NCBI GenBank assembly: GCA_964016885.1
Contig: OZ024741.1
Coordinates: forward strand, 292,764,001-292,828,000
Direction: 5' to 3'
Source of the DNA: Eledone cirrhosa
Taxonomy: Eukaryota
DNA: 64,000 bases
The notes beneath the pieces are model-generated. The model saw only the letters and a list, made by a program, of their open reading frames with translations. It did no database searches and was not told the origin of the DNA. Both the position numbers and the translations under genes were made by a program. The stretch's first letter is position 1. Every line of letters begins with the position of its first letter. This document shows positions 25,700 to 38,755 of this stretch, one piece after another.

Positions 25700-26500
25700 A
25701 TTCAATAATTTTCAATCAATTTTGTTTATTTTTATTATTCCCTTCCTCCTTCATTTCTTCTTTTTATTTATTTTCTTCAATGATTTTCCTTTTATTTTTA
25801 TTCTTCTAATATTTTTTCGTTTTCCTTCTTCTTCTCTTCCTCCTACTTCTGCTCCTTCTCCTCACCCCCACTGCTACCATCAGCTCTTCTTTTCCTCCCC
25901 CTTCCTTCTGCTTTGATGTTAATTTGTTTTACATTTTTTTTCCTCTTTAGTTTTTCTTTTTCTCTCTCAATGCTTTTTATAATTCTTTTAGTCTTCTTCT
26001 TCTTCTTTTTTTTCTTTTTCTCCTTTTTCTCCTTTTTATAATTCTTTTAGTCTTCCTCTGCTTTTTCTTCTTTTTCTTCTTTTTTTCTTCTTCTCTTTCT
26101 TCTTCTTCTTCTTCTTCTTTTTCTTCTTATTTCTCCTCCTCCACCTCCTTCTTCTTTCTTTTTGTTTCCTTCTTTTTCTTCTTTTCTTTTTTTCTTTTTT
26201 TCTTATTTTCTCCCCTCCCCCTCCTCTACTTATGTGCTTTATATTTGTGTTGACTTCTGCTCACCATCTATACTTTACTTCTTTTCATTTTCCTTCTTCC
26301 ATTTTTTCTTTCTTTTTGTTCTCTATTCTATGTTTTTCTTTTCATTCTTTCTTCTTCATTGCATCTACTTTGCTCTTTCCTCTCACATGGCTTCAACAAC
26401 ATCTTATATATGATAATCAGCCACTTCATTATTCTCTTCCCCCTTCACCTTAACTTTTTTCTTTCTTTTATATTTTCTTTTCAGTTTTCTTCATTTTACT
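25700..26500. repeat. Pyrimidine-rich (TTC/TTTC) low-complexity tract
   Basis: Direct composition; a similar tract lies at 38460-38770. Confidence 0.85.
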
Positions 26501-26797
26501 TTCTATTCACCAAAACTCACAAATTAAATTATATAAACATGTCATTTGAATAACAAGTTAATCTTTAATTATTTTTGTTTTATGTAAATACTTGATAATT
26601 ACAGATATATAAAGAGGATATTTTATCCATAAACTTTTGGTTGCATTTATTCCAGCTCCTTGTGTTTTGATTTCAAATCCCACAAAGGACGATATTGCTT
26701 GCAATCTATTTGGCAGTGGATTGGCAAAATTGTTAGAGTATCACACATGTTGCCTTGTGCTACTTCTATTGGCCCCTTTTTTTCGCAGTCCACTTGT

Positions 26798-26930
26798 TAT
26801 AACACTAGTACCAAGCTACCTCAATTGGTCCTTTTTCTTCTCAGTTCACCAGTAATAACCCTAGTACCAAGCTATCCTAAATTGCCCCTTTTCTTCTCAG
26901 TTCACCAGTGATAACGCTAGTACCTAGCTG
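26798..26930. repeat. ~56-bp tandem repeat, about 2.3 copies
   Basis: ATAAC.CTAGTACCAAGCTA...TTTTCTTCTCAGTTCACCAGT is repeated. Confidence 0.8.
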
Positions 26931-27251
26931 TACTGGTAGATGTCTTATTTCCTCTTGTACAACATTGATTTTAGGGAAAAGGAAGACTACATACATAGGC
27001 AACTGCTAATAGGAGATATTGATTATTGATGCCATTAATGTTCTGCTTGAAATGGTGTAGGTCCATTTCATTAGGAAAACCATCAGTTCTAGGGGACTGA
27101 ATTTTAGATATGAAGGTGTGGACATAGTGAATAGTGCAGTGCCTGTGTTGTTGTTGAACACAATAAGAGGAGAGACTAGTGAGTCAGGCATGCATGAGTA
27201 GAGGGGACATGAGACCAGCCAACTTGAAAAGGCAAAGGTCATTGTAGAAGA

Positions 27252-27286
<35 letters not shown>

Positions 27287-27288
<2 letters not shown>

Positions 27289-29833
27289 TCATCATCATCA
27301 TCAGGTTTAGCGTCTGTGTTCCACGCTTGCATGGGTTTGGACGGGGGTTTTCCCACTTGAGGCAAGAGTGGTTGTCTTGCTCGCATAGGACTGTCTGGCG
27401 GGTTTTCTACAGTTGGATGCCCTTCCTAACACCAACCACATTTACAGTGTGGGGCTGGGAGGTTTGTACCGTGTTGCCTACACGGCCACATTTACAGCGT
27501 GGACTGTGTGTTTTTTGTCGTGACACCTACACGATCTCATTTGTTTCGGCCTGGATGTTGTGGGACCAACATAACTGTACATTGAAAGGGGCGGTGTGGA
27601 TGGGGTGGGGGTGGTGGTGGTGGGACGGAGGGGGTGTTTTGATAGAGATGCCTACTGACTGTAGTAGGTTTTTACTTTGTATTTAGGTAAGGCGGGTCTT
27701 CTCTGTTACTGAGTACCGCCAAAGGTCTCGGTCCAGTGACATTGTCTTGGAGAGGTGTAAGCGTGTGAGGTCGGAATTTATCAGCTCGTCCCATGTTTTT
27801 CTGGGTCTGCCTACTCCGTGGCTACCGTCTATCTTTATTGCCCTGCACTTTGTTATACAGCTGTCATCTTTCATGCGCATCACGTGACCGTACCAACGTA
27901 GCCTTCTCTCGAGTAAACAACATCTGATCCCTCTTATTTCTAATTTTTTCCTTAGTTCGTTTATACTTTGCCGTTCACGTATATTACTATTGCAGATCCA
28001 GCGGAGCATGCAAGCTTCGTTCCTCTCTAGTCTGCGTATATCCTCTGCACACAATGCCCAGGTCTCACTGCCATGCAGCATTGCTGTTCGTATGCAGGCA
28101 TCGTATAACCTGCCTTTCATTTTTAGGGAGAACCCTCTAGCGGCTAATAGTGGTATAAGCTCTCTGAACTTTTTCCATCCAGTTCTGACTCTAGCTACTG
28201 TACTTTCAGAGCACCCTCCCCCACTGCTGATTTTGTCACCCAGGTAACGGAAGCTGTCCACTATTTCTATAGAACCCTCTGCGCAGTTGAAGGAGCTAGT
28301 ATTTGTGGGCACTTGCTGCTACTTATTGCACCAGAGCACCGGCCACATGTAAAATCTATGTTCTTAGTTAGCTTACCTGTGATCCCACTACATCTTTTAT
28401 GCACCCATACTTTGCATTTGGGACATAAAATGGAGTTTCTACCTACGCCTTTCCTACACACTGAGCATGGCCATTTCCCAGATGGGACTGCCGCCATATT
28501 TTCTTTCCTACAAACTAGAACTTTAGTCTTAGCCAGGTTAATTTTAAGGCCTTTTGATTCTAGGCCGTGCTTCCATGTTTGGAATTTCTTCTCTAGTTCG
28601 GTCATTGATTCAGCTATGAGCGTTAGATCATCTGCGTATAGGAGTTCCCATGGGCAGCCGGTCTTGAACTCCTCTGTTATAGCCTGAAGGGCAATAATAA
28701 ATAGTAGGGGGCTAAGAACAGAGCCCTGATGGACACCAACTTTTACGCTAAACTCTTCACTATATTCGTTGTTAATTCTAACCTTACTGACTGTTTCTTT
28801 ATACATGGCTTGTATAGCTCTCACAAGCCATTCGTCAACATCTAGTTTTCTAAGAGACCACCAGATAATGGAACGGGGGACTCTGTCGAAGGCTTTCTCC
28901 AAGTCGACGAAAGCTAAGTATAGGGGTTTACTTTTAGCTAGGTACTTCTCCTGTAGTTGTCGTACAATGAAAAGAGCGTCTGTGGTACTTTTGCCTGACA
29001 CAAATCCGAACTGCATTTCATCTAGATCAATTCTCTCTCTGATTAGTTGCGCTATTACTTTTTCCGTGACCTTCATGACCTGGTCGATTAATTTAATGCC
29101 TCTATAGTTACTCCTATCTAGGGCATCTCCTTTTCCCTTATAGCAGTTAACGATGATGCTGCTACGCCAGTCCTTCGGAACAACCCCATTCTGTACGACT
29201 TGGTTAACTATCCGGGTGACCATGGTGTGTCCCACCGAACCAGATGCCTTCAGCATCTCAGCAACTATTTCCGAAGGACCAGCCGCCTTACCCGTCTTCA
29301 TATCTTTGATTGCCTTGCTTATTGTACTACCCTGGACTAACACTGCTGGTCCCTCTATTGGGTCGATGTGGGGGAGACTGTCTTTCTCCCATTTGTTCTC
29401 CTCATTTAGAAGCCTTTCGTAGTGACACTTCCAAGCTACCTTCTTATCAGCGTCGGTGATGGCAAGTATGCCATCATCGTTAAGCACACACTTCTCCCCG
29501 ACAATATCACGGTTTTCCTTGACACATTGCCTGGCAATCCTGAACACCTCACGTTTTTGGTCCTCACGTTGTAGAACATGCTTGAACTTTCTTTCCTCTG
29601 CTTCCCTTCTTGCGAAGTACACTTGTCTCCTAGCTTCCCTCCTGGCCACCTGATAGTCTTCTCTACTTCCCCCATCCCGCCATGCTTTCCAAGCCTGCTT
29701 TTTGGCCTTAATTGACTCCTCCACCTTACTGTTCCACCACCATGTTACTCTCCTCCTACCTACAGGCCTGCTCCAGCCACAGACTTCGTCTGCCGCCGTC
29801 AGCAGGTTTGCTCTCAGGAATTCCCACTGTTCC
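27287..29833 (-). mobile_element. RTE-clade LINE, 5'-truncated, young, with 3' UTR and (GAT)n tail
   Basis: ORFs 28267..29724 and 27683..28312 join through one frameshift: KAAGP, KGKGD..NYRGI, QFGF, FVDLEKAFDRV, QGSVLSP, YADD, FRYLG, RWYGH. Confidence 0.97.
27683..29724 (-). pseudogene. RTE reverse transcriptase with inserted PHD-like finger (single frameshift)
   Basis: Complete set of RT motifs; C4HC3 pattern WPCSVC..SILCPKC..WVHKRC..FTCGRC lies between YADD/KTK and FRYLG. Confidence 0.92.
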
Positions 29834-29848
29834 TCTATATTATACGAC

Positions 29849-29893
<45 letters not shown>

Positions 29894-30319
29894 ACTCATT
29901 TAAGTTTGGTGGTTCACCACTGGATAGAACTGAAAAATAAAACTTTGAAGGAATTTCGTCAGTCCAACCTCCTGTCATGTTACTCAATAATATATATATA
30001 TATATTCATGTCCTCAATTACTTGTCAACTTTTGTGGCATGCCCCTCAATTATATTTACATGAGGTAGGCACTTACTGTCCCAATCACATCACGATTTCC
30101 TCAAGCACACTGTCTCACAATCTGGAACAGTTCATGCCTCTGATCTTCATGATGCTGAACATGTGCAGACTTCTTTTCCGCTGTTTGGACAAGGTACAGG
30201 GCAACCAATTGGCCAGATTTGTCTCAAAACATAGACGACCTGTCTAACCCATGCAATTTGGAAAAATAGATGTTAATCGTTAGGGATAATGATGATGATG
30301 ATATATATATATATGGAAT

Positions 30320-30575
30320 AAAGTCTAAAGTGCTTATCCCGGTTTCTTGGCATGAAGTGACTGAGAGTACAAGACTCCCCACTGGACAAGATGTCAGTCC
30401 ATCACAGGGTTAAACCCCCCCCCCCCAGCTATTGCTGGTACTCATTTTCAGCTGAGTATACTGGGACAATATTAATGAAATGTTTTGCTCAAGAACACAA
30501 CATGAAACCCAGCCCAGGCATTGAACCCACAACATTGTGATCTTAAGTCCACCAACCCTACCACTAGGCCATACA
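30320..30575 (-). mobile_element. SINE family C copy
   Basis: Minus strand GGCCTAGTGGTAGG...GGGTTCAATGCC, then TGTGTTCTTGAGCAAAACA. Confidence 0.8.
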
Positions 30576-31027
30576 CCTCTTATATATGGAATAGCAGATA
30601 TAAAAATGATGATGATGATGATGATGGGTCTAGTGACCTGCAACTGTCTCTCATGGTACTTGCTGAACAATTTCCTATTTCCTGCAGGTGTAGAATCTGC
30701 ATATGGCTCTTCAGACAAGTTAGCACCACTTTGTGTGTCCAATAATTTATATTTCATTGGTCTGCTGTATCTCTTACAGCTATCTAATATTTGGAAACAT
30801 ACCTGTGTGTGTGTGGAGGGGGGGGGGGTGTAAGTATATATGTATGTGTTTGTGTATGAGTATATATATATATATATGCATATGTATATGTGCATATATA
30901 TATATATATGCATATGTATATGTGCATATGTATGTATATATATATATATGCATATGTATATGTGTATATGTATGTATATATATATACATACATATATATA
31001 TTATATATATAAATATATATATATATA

Positions 31028-32329
31028 CAGGGTGCGGACGATATTTCTTCGCAAGATTACCGTCTAGGAAAAAGTAACACAGTAGTTTTATTTTTTAAGA
31101 TTTATTTAACAAACTTGGGTCAGTTTGTCTTCATAACTTGTTCTTTCGATCTTACTCAATAAACCCACCATTGGTTTTGATGACGGCCTCAAGGTGGCCT
31201 CAGAATCGGCTACAGGCCTTCGTCACTGTCCCCCGACTTAGGCCCCTAAAGGCACTTGTGATCCTGGCCTTCAGATTTTCTTTCGTATTGCAGCTACATC
31301 TGCTGGTGTCTCGTTCCACTGCGCCCCACACAAATAAGTCGAGGGGGTTGCAGTCAGGCTAGCTGGGAGGCCAGATGTCAGGTGAAGTGTGGTCGACGAA
31401 GTTCTCTGACAGCCAGGCTTGGGTCTTTCGGCTGGTATGGCAGGGCGCTGAGTCTTGCTGCCACACGTACGGCCTACCTTAAGCTACCTGGTCGATCCAG
31501 GGCTTTACTACCTTGCTCAGAATGCGGATGTAGCCATCAGTGTTTAGCTTGAGGCCCTCAGGGAAGAAGTGAGGTGGCATGACGTCACCTTGACTGCTAA
31601 TGACACCTAAGACCAATGTTGTCGCTGGAAACTTTGTCTGCATGACTCTGGGCACATCTTTGGATGAGACAGCGAGCCACCTGCTGTTCTGGGAGTTGAT
31701 CCTCTGGTCTTGGCAGAAGTTTTTCTCGTCGGAGAAAAACCACAGCATGTCTGGCTCCAGTGGGTGTTTCAACTTGTTGATCAGCTTCTTTGCGTGCTTC
31801 AGTCGCTTTTCTTGCATCGCCTTTGACAGAAATCTCCTTTCTTCATCTTGTATGAAAAGTAGCGAATGTCTTCATGTACCACCAGCCTAATGAGCTTTTC
31901 ATCCACGCCTTTCTCCCTTGCAATGGTACGCATCGACTTGCTAGGTTCATTGTTGATGATATCCTGAACTTCAGCGACGAACTCGGGCGTTCTGAAGGCG
32001 TCAGATCGTCGATCATGTGTTTTCTTCTCTGATGTTGCTTCGTAGTCGAATCCTGAATCTTCCAATTCCTTTCTGACCTTTTCCACCATTCTCCTGCTGA
32101 CGCTGGGAAAGTCTGAAATTTCCTTATTTATCCTCCCGGCACGGATTCCAAGAAGAACTCTGTGTCTCTTCCACAAATTTGGCGGTTCAAAATTTTTCAT
32201 AATCAATTATTCTGAAAATAAATAATGGAAATATAGTCAGTTTTTTATGACGACAAGAGTGACAACGGAAGTAAAAAAAATTTGCATAAAATTAGCAGTT
32301 GAAAATTGAGAACAAATATCGTCCACATG

Positions 32330-32332
<3 letters not shown>
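31028..32332 (-). mobile_element. Tc1/mariner-superfamily DD37D (maT-type) transposon, full-length, decayed
   Basis: Imperfect TIRs CAGGGTGCGGACGATATTTCTTCGCAA / CAGCATGTGGACGATATTTGTTCTCAA with TA flanks. Transposase motifs WFFSDEKNF and WQQDSAPCH...WPPS*PDCNPLD; I counted 37 residues between the second and third D. Confidence 0.93.
31150..32206 (-). pseudogene. DD37D transposase pseudogene
   Basis: HTH part (ORF 31799..32206), frameshift, catalytic part (31479..31817), then two in-frame stops. Confidence 0.9.
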
Positions 32333-32403
<71 letters not shown>

Positions 32404-32488
32404 TTATAACATAAGTAAGAAGTAACTAAGGTTGCATAAAATACAGTGTAAGAATTAAACTACGTAAAAGCTTATTTCTATCATCTCC

Positions 32489-32520
<32 letters not shown>

Positions 32521-33315
32521 CCATATATATATATATTATGTATGTGTGTGTATTTTTAATTATATGTTTGTTTAGGTTGTTAGCTTATGTGTTATTCTAA
32601 AAATGTAAATTGGCATACTTGTGACAGAGGTGATGTCACTGATTTTTTTTCTTTAGCTGTTTTGGGAGTGGGTGGATCTATTTCGAATTTACCTGTAGAC
32701 ATTCATTCCTCCTCCACTACAAAATCCACAGATGTAAACAAAAACAAAATCTTATTCAACCACCATCACTTACCACATCCTTAAGCTTTCTATAAATACT
32801 TTCTCCTAAGATTTCATGCTTGGGGTTGTTCTTGAAAGTAGACCTTCTTCTTCTTCTTCTTCTTCTTCTTCTTCTTCTTCTTCTTCTACAACATTTTTTT
32901 GTATAAATATTGTAAATCCACCATCATCATCATCCTCATTAACATCAACAAACACAGCTAACCATCATCATCATCATAAAAACATTAATAACAAAGTGAA
33001 CAACAACAGTAACAACACATCAACAACAGTTACAAAGAACATTTAAAAATAAAATGTCATTTGATCATCATGTTGGTGAGGATGGTGTGGAAGAGTAACT
33101 GTGTTTGAAGTATTGTTTCAACTGATTCTGTAGACAGTGTGGGGGAAAGAAAGACTATATAAGCAGTGTGTATAGAGAGAGTGAAAGGTGGGTGTGTGTA
33201 TATCTATATATATATAGAGAGAGAAAGTTTATACGTTCTGTGTGTATAGTGTGTGAAAGATCTCTAGCCATTAGGTGTGTGTGTGTGCGTATGTATATAT
33301 ATACATATATATACA

Positions 33316-33485
33316 CAGGTAAAATTCTGTTTTAATACCATTATAACGAATTTTTCAGTATAATGGAATTTTTTTCAATCCCTGGCCACATGCACGATAT
33401 GTTTCAGTTGATCTCATTATAAAGAATTTTCGTTACAACCAATTTTTTTATACCCCATGAATTTCGTTATAACAGAATTTCACTG
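33316..33485. mobile_element. pogo/Tigger-like MITE
   Basis: TIRs CAGGTAAAATTCTGTTTTAA / TTATAACAGAATTTCACTG, TA on the right flank, internal TTATAAC repeats. Confidence 0.7.
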
Positions 33486-33669
33486 TATATACATATATAC
33501 AGAGAGAGAGAGAATACTTTATTTGTTTCCATGATGAGCATTCAGTTGTTCCCTATTCCTTAAATTGAGATGTTATCATAATTTATTAAATTCCTCTGGA
33601 AGATTCAGTATGACACAGCATTTTACCACAATTTTTAAAAGATAATTATAACAAAACTATTCCACTACT

Positions 33670-34610
33670 GCCATAACTTAAGAGTTTAAAACTGGCACTC
33701 CATGTAAACTCCTGTTTGCTAATGACCTAGTCTTTGGAGCTAAAATTTTGGAAGAGTTAAATGTAAAATTCCAAGCACAGGTTGAAAAACTTAGAACCAA
33801 CAAGCCTAAAAATAAAGGTAGTACAAACAAAAGTCTTAATAAGTAGGAAAGAAGACAGGAAGTTGATACCTTCAGGGAAGTTGTCTTGATTGATATGTTG
33901 AAAATTGGTGTGAAGAAATTCCACAAGGTGCACACAAAAAATGAAGTGGGATTGCAGGCCGGTTAATGGTGAAATTGACTTTGTATGAAGCAGATGTACA
34001 AGAGAAGCAAGCACTGAGAGTGCACAGGAAATACAGTCCCTCAGTTGCTTGGGAGGCTCCGTGTAAATTATTGACACTATTTGTTACCTAAGTGATCTAA
34101 TACGTGGTGGGGAGGGTGCCCACAAGGTATGATATTCAGGGTAAGGAGTTTAGGGAGTTGATACCTCAGCTGACAAAAAAGGGTTTCTCTCTCAGAGTGA
34201 AGGGCAATGTGTACAATGCCTGAATGTAAACTGCAAAGCTATATGGCAGTGAGATATGGGTCTTGACTGTGAAGACCTGAAAAGGCTAATGAAGTGAGTA
34301 TGGATGTGTAATATTAGTGTGCTGAATGATAAAGTATAAGTGAGCTGAGAGAAAAACTCAGCATAACTTTGATGTGGTGTGCAACAGAGATTGCATATGT
34401 ATGGGCATGTGATGTGTATGGAAAATGACTGCTGTTTAAATGACCATAGAGAAATCTCTGTGGTTGGGACTAATGGATGAGGAAAACCCAGGAAAACATG
34501 GGATGAGGTAAGGAAGACTGATCTTAAGAAGCTGAACCATGCGATAGAGATGACATAACACTGTTAAAATTGGTGACATGCTGTATTGGAGAAGACTTAC
34601 CTACACTAGC
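33670..34610 (+). mobile_element. Old degenerate RTE LINE 3' part
   Basis: Colinear with 14940-15900 (GAGTTTAAAACTGGC..., GGGTTTCTCTCTCAGAGTGAAGGGC, GGGCATGTGATG). Confidence 0.8.
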
Positions 34611-35556
34611 ACTCCTTAGTAGCTATCCACAATAACACTGTACAACTACGCTCCCTCCACTATCACTCCTTAACTATTCTCTCCTCCCATGTACACCCCA
34701 CCCACCCTATGCATGTCCCCACTATTATTATTCCTTAGTAGCTATTCACACATAAAATACACACCTGTGAATACATCCCCCTATGCTATCAGAGGTAACT
34801 TTTTTTCCCTAATCTCCACCTTGTCAAATTTCACCACTCATGCCCTACATTATACTTATTTTTCTCCCCAGCTCATGGGAGTGCAAAGAGGGCTTTTTAT
34901 TTATCATATTTGATCATATTTATCATCCTTCCTAAACCTTACTAGTAGTGTAGTTAAGGCTCTTAAGTTGAGACAATAATTGACAACTCTTCTAATGCTT
35001 ATGTCATGCTGAAATGCACTCAGTAGAGCACCAGGATCGAATGTAAGATGCAGACACCCCCGGCCCGTCTGAGAGGTCAATAGCCCCACTTGAGTATTGA
35101 CTTGTTAGCAGGGAAAACTGATATTAAATGATGATGATAATGTTTCGATTTCAAACAATATAATCTGTAATATATTTTTATCATCTTGGAAAGAATTAGT
35201 TGTTAAATGAATGACAAAAATTTCGAAAGCAATAAATAATTACTGTTTAATTTTTAAAATGTTCCTGTATTATTATTTATTATTATTTTGTTTTGAGAAA
35301 AAGAATTATAGAAATTAATTAATTAATTAAATAGCTTAAGTTAATTAAAAACAAAACTAAAAAAATACAACCAAATAGAATTGTTGACAGTTAAAATATT
35401 GATGAAAAAACAAATGTCTCTGTTTAGAAATATTTCCTACATTACAGAAAAGAGGAAGGAAGTATGAGATTGACACACACCATGATGATGATGATGATAT
35501 ATATATATATATATATATATATATCATCATCATCATGGTGTGTGTCAATATATATA

Positions 35557-35627
<71 letters not shown>

Positions 35628-37542
35628 GCACGCACGCACACACACATACACATATATACACAGAGAAATATACAAAGTGAGTGAGACAGAGAGAAAGAAC
35701 TAAATTTAATTCTGTTACAAAGTTCTTTTCACAACAAGGAAAGAGGACGTTAAATCATGATGATGATGATGATGAGTGCCATTCATGGCTAAGGTGAGAT
35801 TAGTGGTCACAGAAGTGAAGTTGCTATTGGCGTATCAAGCAATAGTCATAGTACTTGTGTATTAATAGTAATTTTCTATTGATCTGATTAAGTCTGGCAG
35901 CAGACTGTTGAATAAGCAGGTGCATTGTTCACCTTACCCCCTCCCCCCATCCACTAAAATACACGTGCTATATGTTCTTGAAATTAACTTACCAAAAATA
36001 TAAAACCAATATTGTTAGTGAGACAAAAAGACATACAACACTATGGACATAGGAATTACTGTGATGTGTTGTTAAAAGTTTTCTTTGCAGCAACATGGTG
36101 TTCAGTTTCAATTCCACTAAGTTGCAATTTGAATAACTGTCTTCTACCATAGTGTACCTGAAGCTTTGGGATGAACTTTGGGAGACAGAAACTTTAAGAA
36201 AGCCCACCAGCATAACTGATCCTGTTTTGAGTGGAGGCAATAGACATATTCCATCTCCTAGTTTAACATCACCTCACATCTCTTAAGTGTCGTCAGTGGA
36301 GTCCACTCTGTAGCAAATATTTGCACCAGTGATCTGGTCTGAGGACAACATTTTATCTTCTGCTTCTCTGAAAATTGTCATGGGTGCTGTGCTTCCTCAT
36401 CTGACATATCTATTAAAAAATAGCAAGACTGTTAAACACCACTCAATAATATGCATTTAAAATAGAGGAACCAGGCTATAATCTTTTAATCACAATGAAA
36501 CCTGTGCAACAGAAAGACATAGAAGACAATATCTAAGTCATATTTCATTTTTCCCTATGTTTGTATATTTTTGTGTCTTGCTGTACTTCACATTGGACCA
36601 TATTTAGAAGGTTTAGGTAACAAAGCTGTTTTCTATTGAGATGAAGTTGTAAACCCCTCATTCTGTCCTTCTCTATTAATAGAAAAAGGAATAATGTGAG
36701 TGAGCTCCAATGACCCAGTAATAACCTGACACTAAATAACTTATTTCTCTATCTTTTAAACTTTTCGTTGCCATATTTCTAATGAATTACACTGCCTATA
36801 ATTTTCATATCATTTTGAATATAATCAAGAATTTGGAGGAATTTAGTTACATATCTTTCTCATTTTAAGCTGATGTTTGGAACATAAAGATTGTTACATA
36901 ATTTATGATGAAAGGTTTTAGATAAATATGATTATGATGAAAGGGTTTTAGATAAATATAAACACTTTCAAACAAATATGGGTAGATTCAGGCAGCATCA
37001 AAAAAGCTTGAATTAATATTTTCTGAGAAATCTATTTTGATTTCCAAGAGTCTATTCTTTATCTTAATCTATTTCATTTTATATTCCTATAAAACATATA
37101 TGATATTTAGTTTGATATTCCCAACACGGATAGAAATATTGTAATGAGTTCAATTTCTCTCCAAGTTTTCTAGTGGAATTCTTTTTTCTCCAAGTCAAAC
37201 TTTATAAGTTTCCAGCAAAGGAAGCAGTGAGGCTCTTAATATGGAGCTTAGAAATAGAAATCTCAATGTTTTAATCAATAACAGCTATAATGTCAACTAT
37301 TGAAGTAATGCTATAAAGTTGGCAACTGTCAAATATTTTCTTTTTAAGAGCTTGCATTAAAGATTTATTAATTTGCACTGAAACATCTGATTATGACATA
37401 ACTTATATATGTATGTATGTGTGTGTATTCAATGTGACTTATCTTATATATGTGTCTATGTGTATGTATTGAATGTGATTTATCTATGCATTACCAAAGT
37501 GGTTTTATGGCCGTAAATACATTCAACTCATTCAAATGCTTT

Positions 37543-37580
<38 letters not shown>

Positions 37581-37846
37581 TGAAGGAATTTATTTGTAAA
37601 CCAATATGTCCTGCTCATATGTCTATAAAATTCCTGTAATTCTAAAATATAAAAACATCACACACACAAGCACACAAAGCCATATACATGCACACACAAC
37701 GACACACAAGCACATACACACCCACGCACATGCACAAACATCTTTGAATTCTTTTTCTTTTTCCTTTTTTCTTTTTTTTCTCTATATTTCCCTATTTTTT
37801 TTCTTTTGTTTCCTTTTCTTCTTTTAGTATTGCCATTATTATAGTT

Positions 37847-38340
37847 GTCCTTACGGGGTCGATAAAATAAAGTACCAGTAACGCACTGGGTTTTGCTGGC
37901 CTTGTGCCAAAAAAGTAGAAACAACTATTATAGTTGTCCTTATTAATATAATAAATATTATTGAAACTTTCTACATATTAATAGGATGCCTTTCCATTAT
38001 CTTTGTATTCTAGGGCATTGGATTGGCAGTATTGGAAGAGCATCAGACAACATGCTTTCCAGCATATAGTTATGACCCTTTACGTTCTGAGTTCAAATCC
38101 TGCTGAGATTAGCTTTGTCTTTCATCCTTAAGGTGTTGATAAAGTAAAGCACCAGTATTCATCTATATACTTTTGCAGCACAGAATTATGGCTTTTTACA
38201 TTCTAATTTCAAATCACCCCAAGGTTAGCTTTGCCTTTCATTCTTATGATAAAATGAATTACCATTCAAGTACCAGGGTCGATTTAATGACCCCCCCCCC
38301 CCTCATATTGCTGGCCTTGTGCCAAAAGTAGAAACAATTA
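37847..38340 (+). mobile_element. Cluster of SINE family B fragments
   Basis: CCTTACGGGGTCGATAAAATAAAGTACC, GAGTTCAAATCC and GGCCTTGTGCCAAAAGTAGAAAC motifs recur. Confidence 0.8.
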
Positions 38341-38723
38341 TTAGAATTAATACTGAAAGGAAGCCCCTACATTTCATTCCATCAAGGATTTACTAACATA
38401 GATATACTCCAACATCATAAAACTATTTCTAGCATAAATTTACTCCAACATAAATACTCATTCTTTTTCTTCTTTCTCTCTGCAATTCTTTTTATTTTTA
38501 TGTTATTTTCCATACTTTCTTTCTTTCCTCCTCCTCTATCTTCTTCCCTTCTTTGCTTTGCTTTCTTTTCTTCTTTTTATTCTTCTTCTTATTATTATTT
38601 TTCTTATTTTTATTTTTATTTTTATTTTTATTTTTATTGTTCTTCTTTTTATTTTTTATTTTTTTATTTTTCTTCTTCTTCTGTTTCTTTTTCTTCTTTT
38701 TCTTTCTTTCTTTTTCTTCTTTT

Positions 38724-38755
<32 letters not shown>

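Noticed and set aside
28267-28312. Programmed frameshift after the PHD finger in RTE
   Set aside because: The 52-kb copy reads through this linker in frame, so the shifts at 15.3 and 28.3 kb are best explained as mutations.
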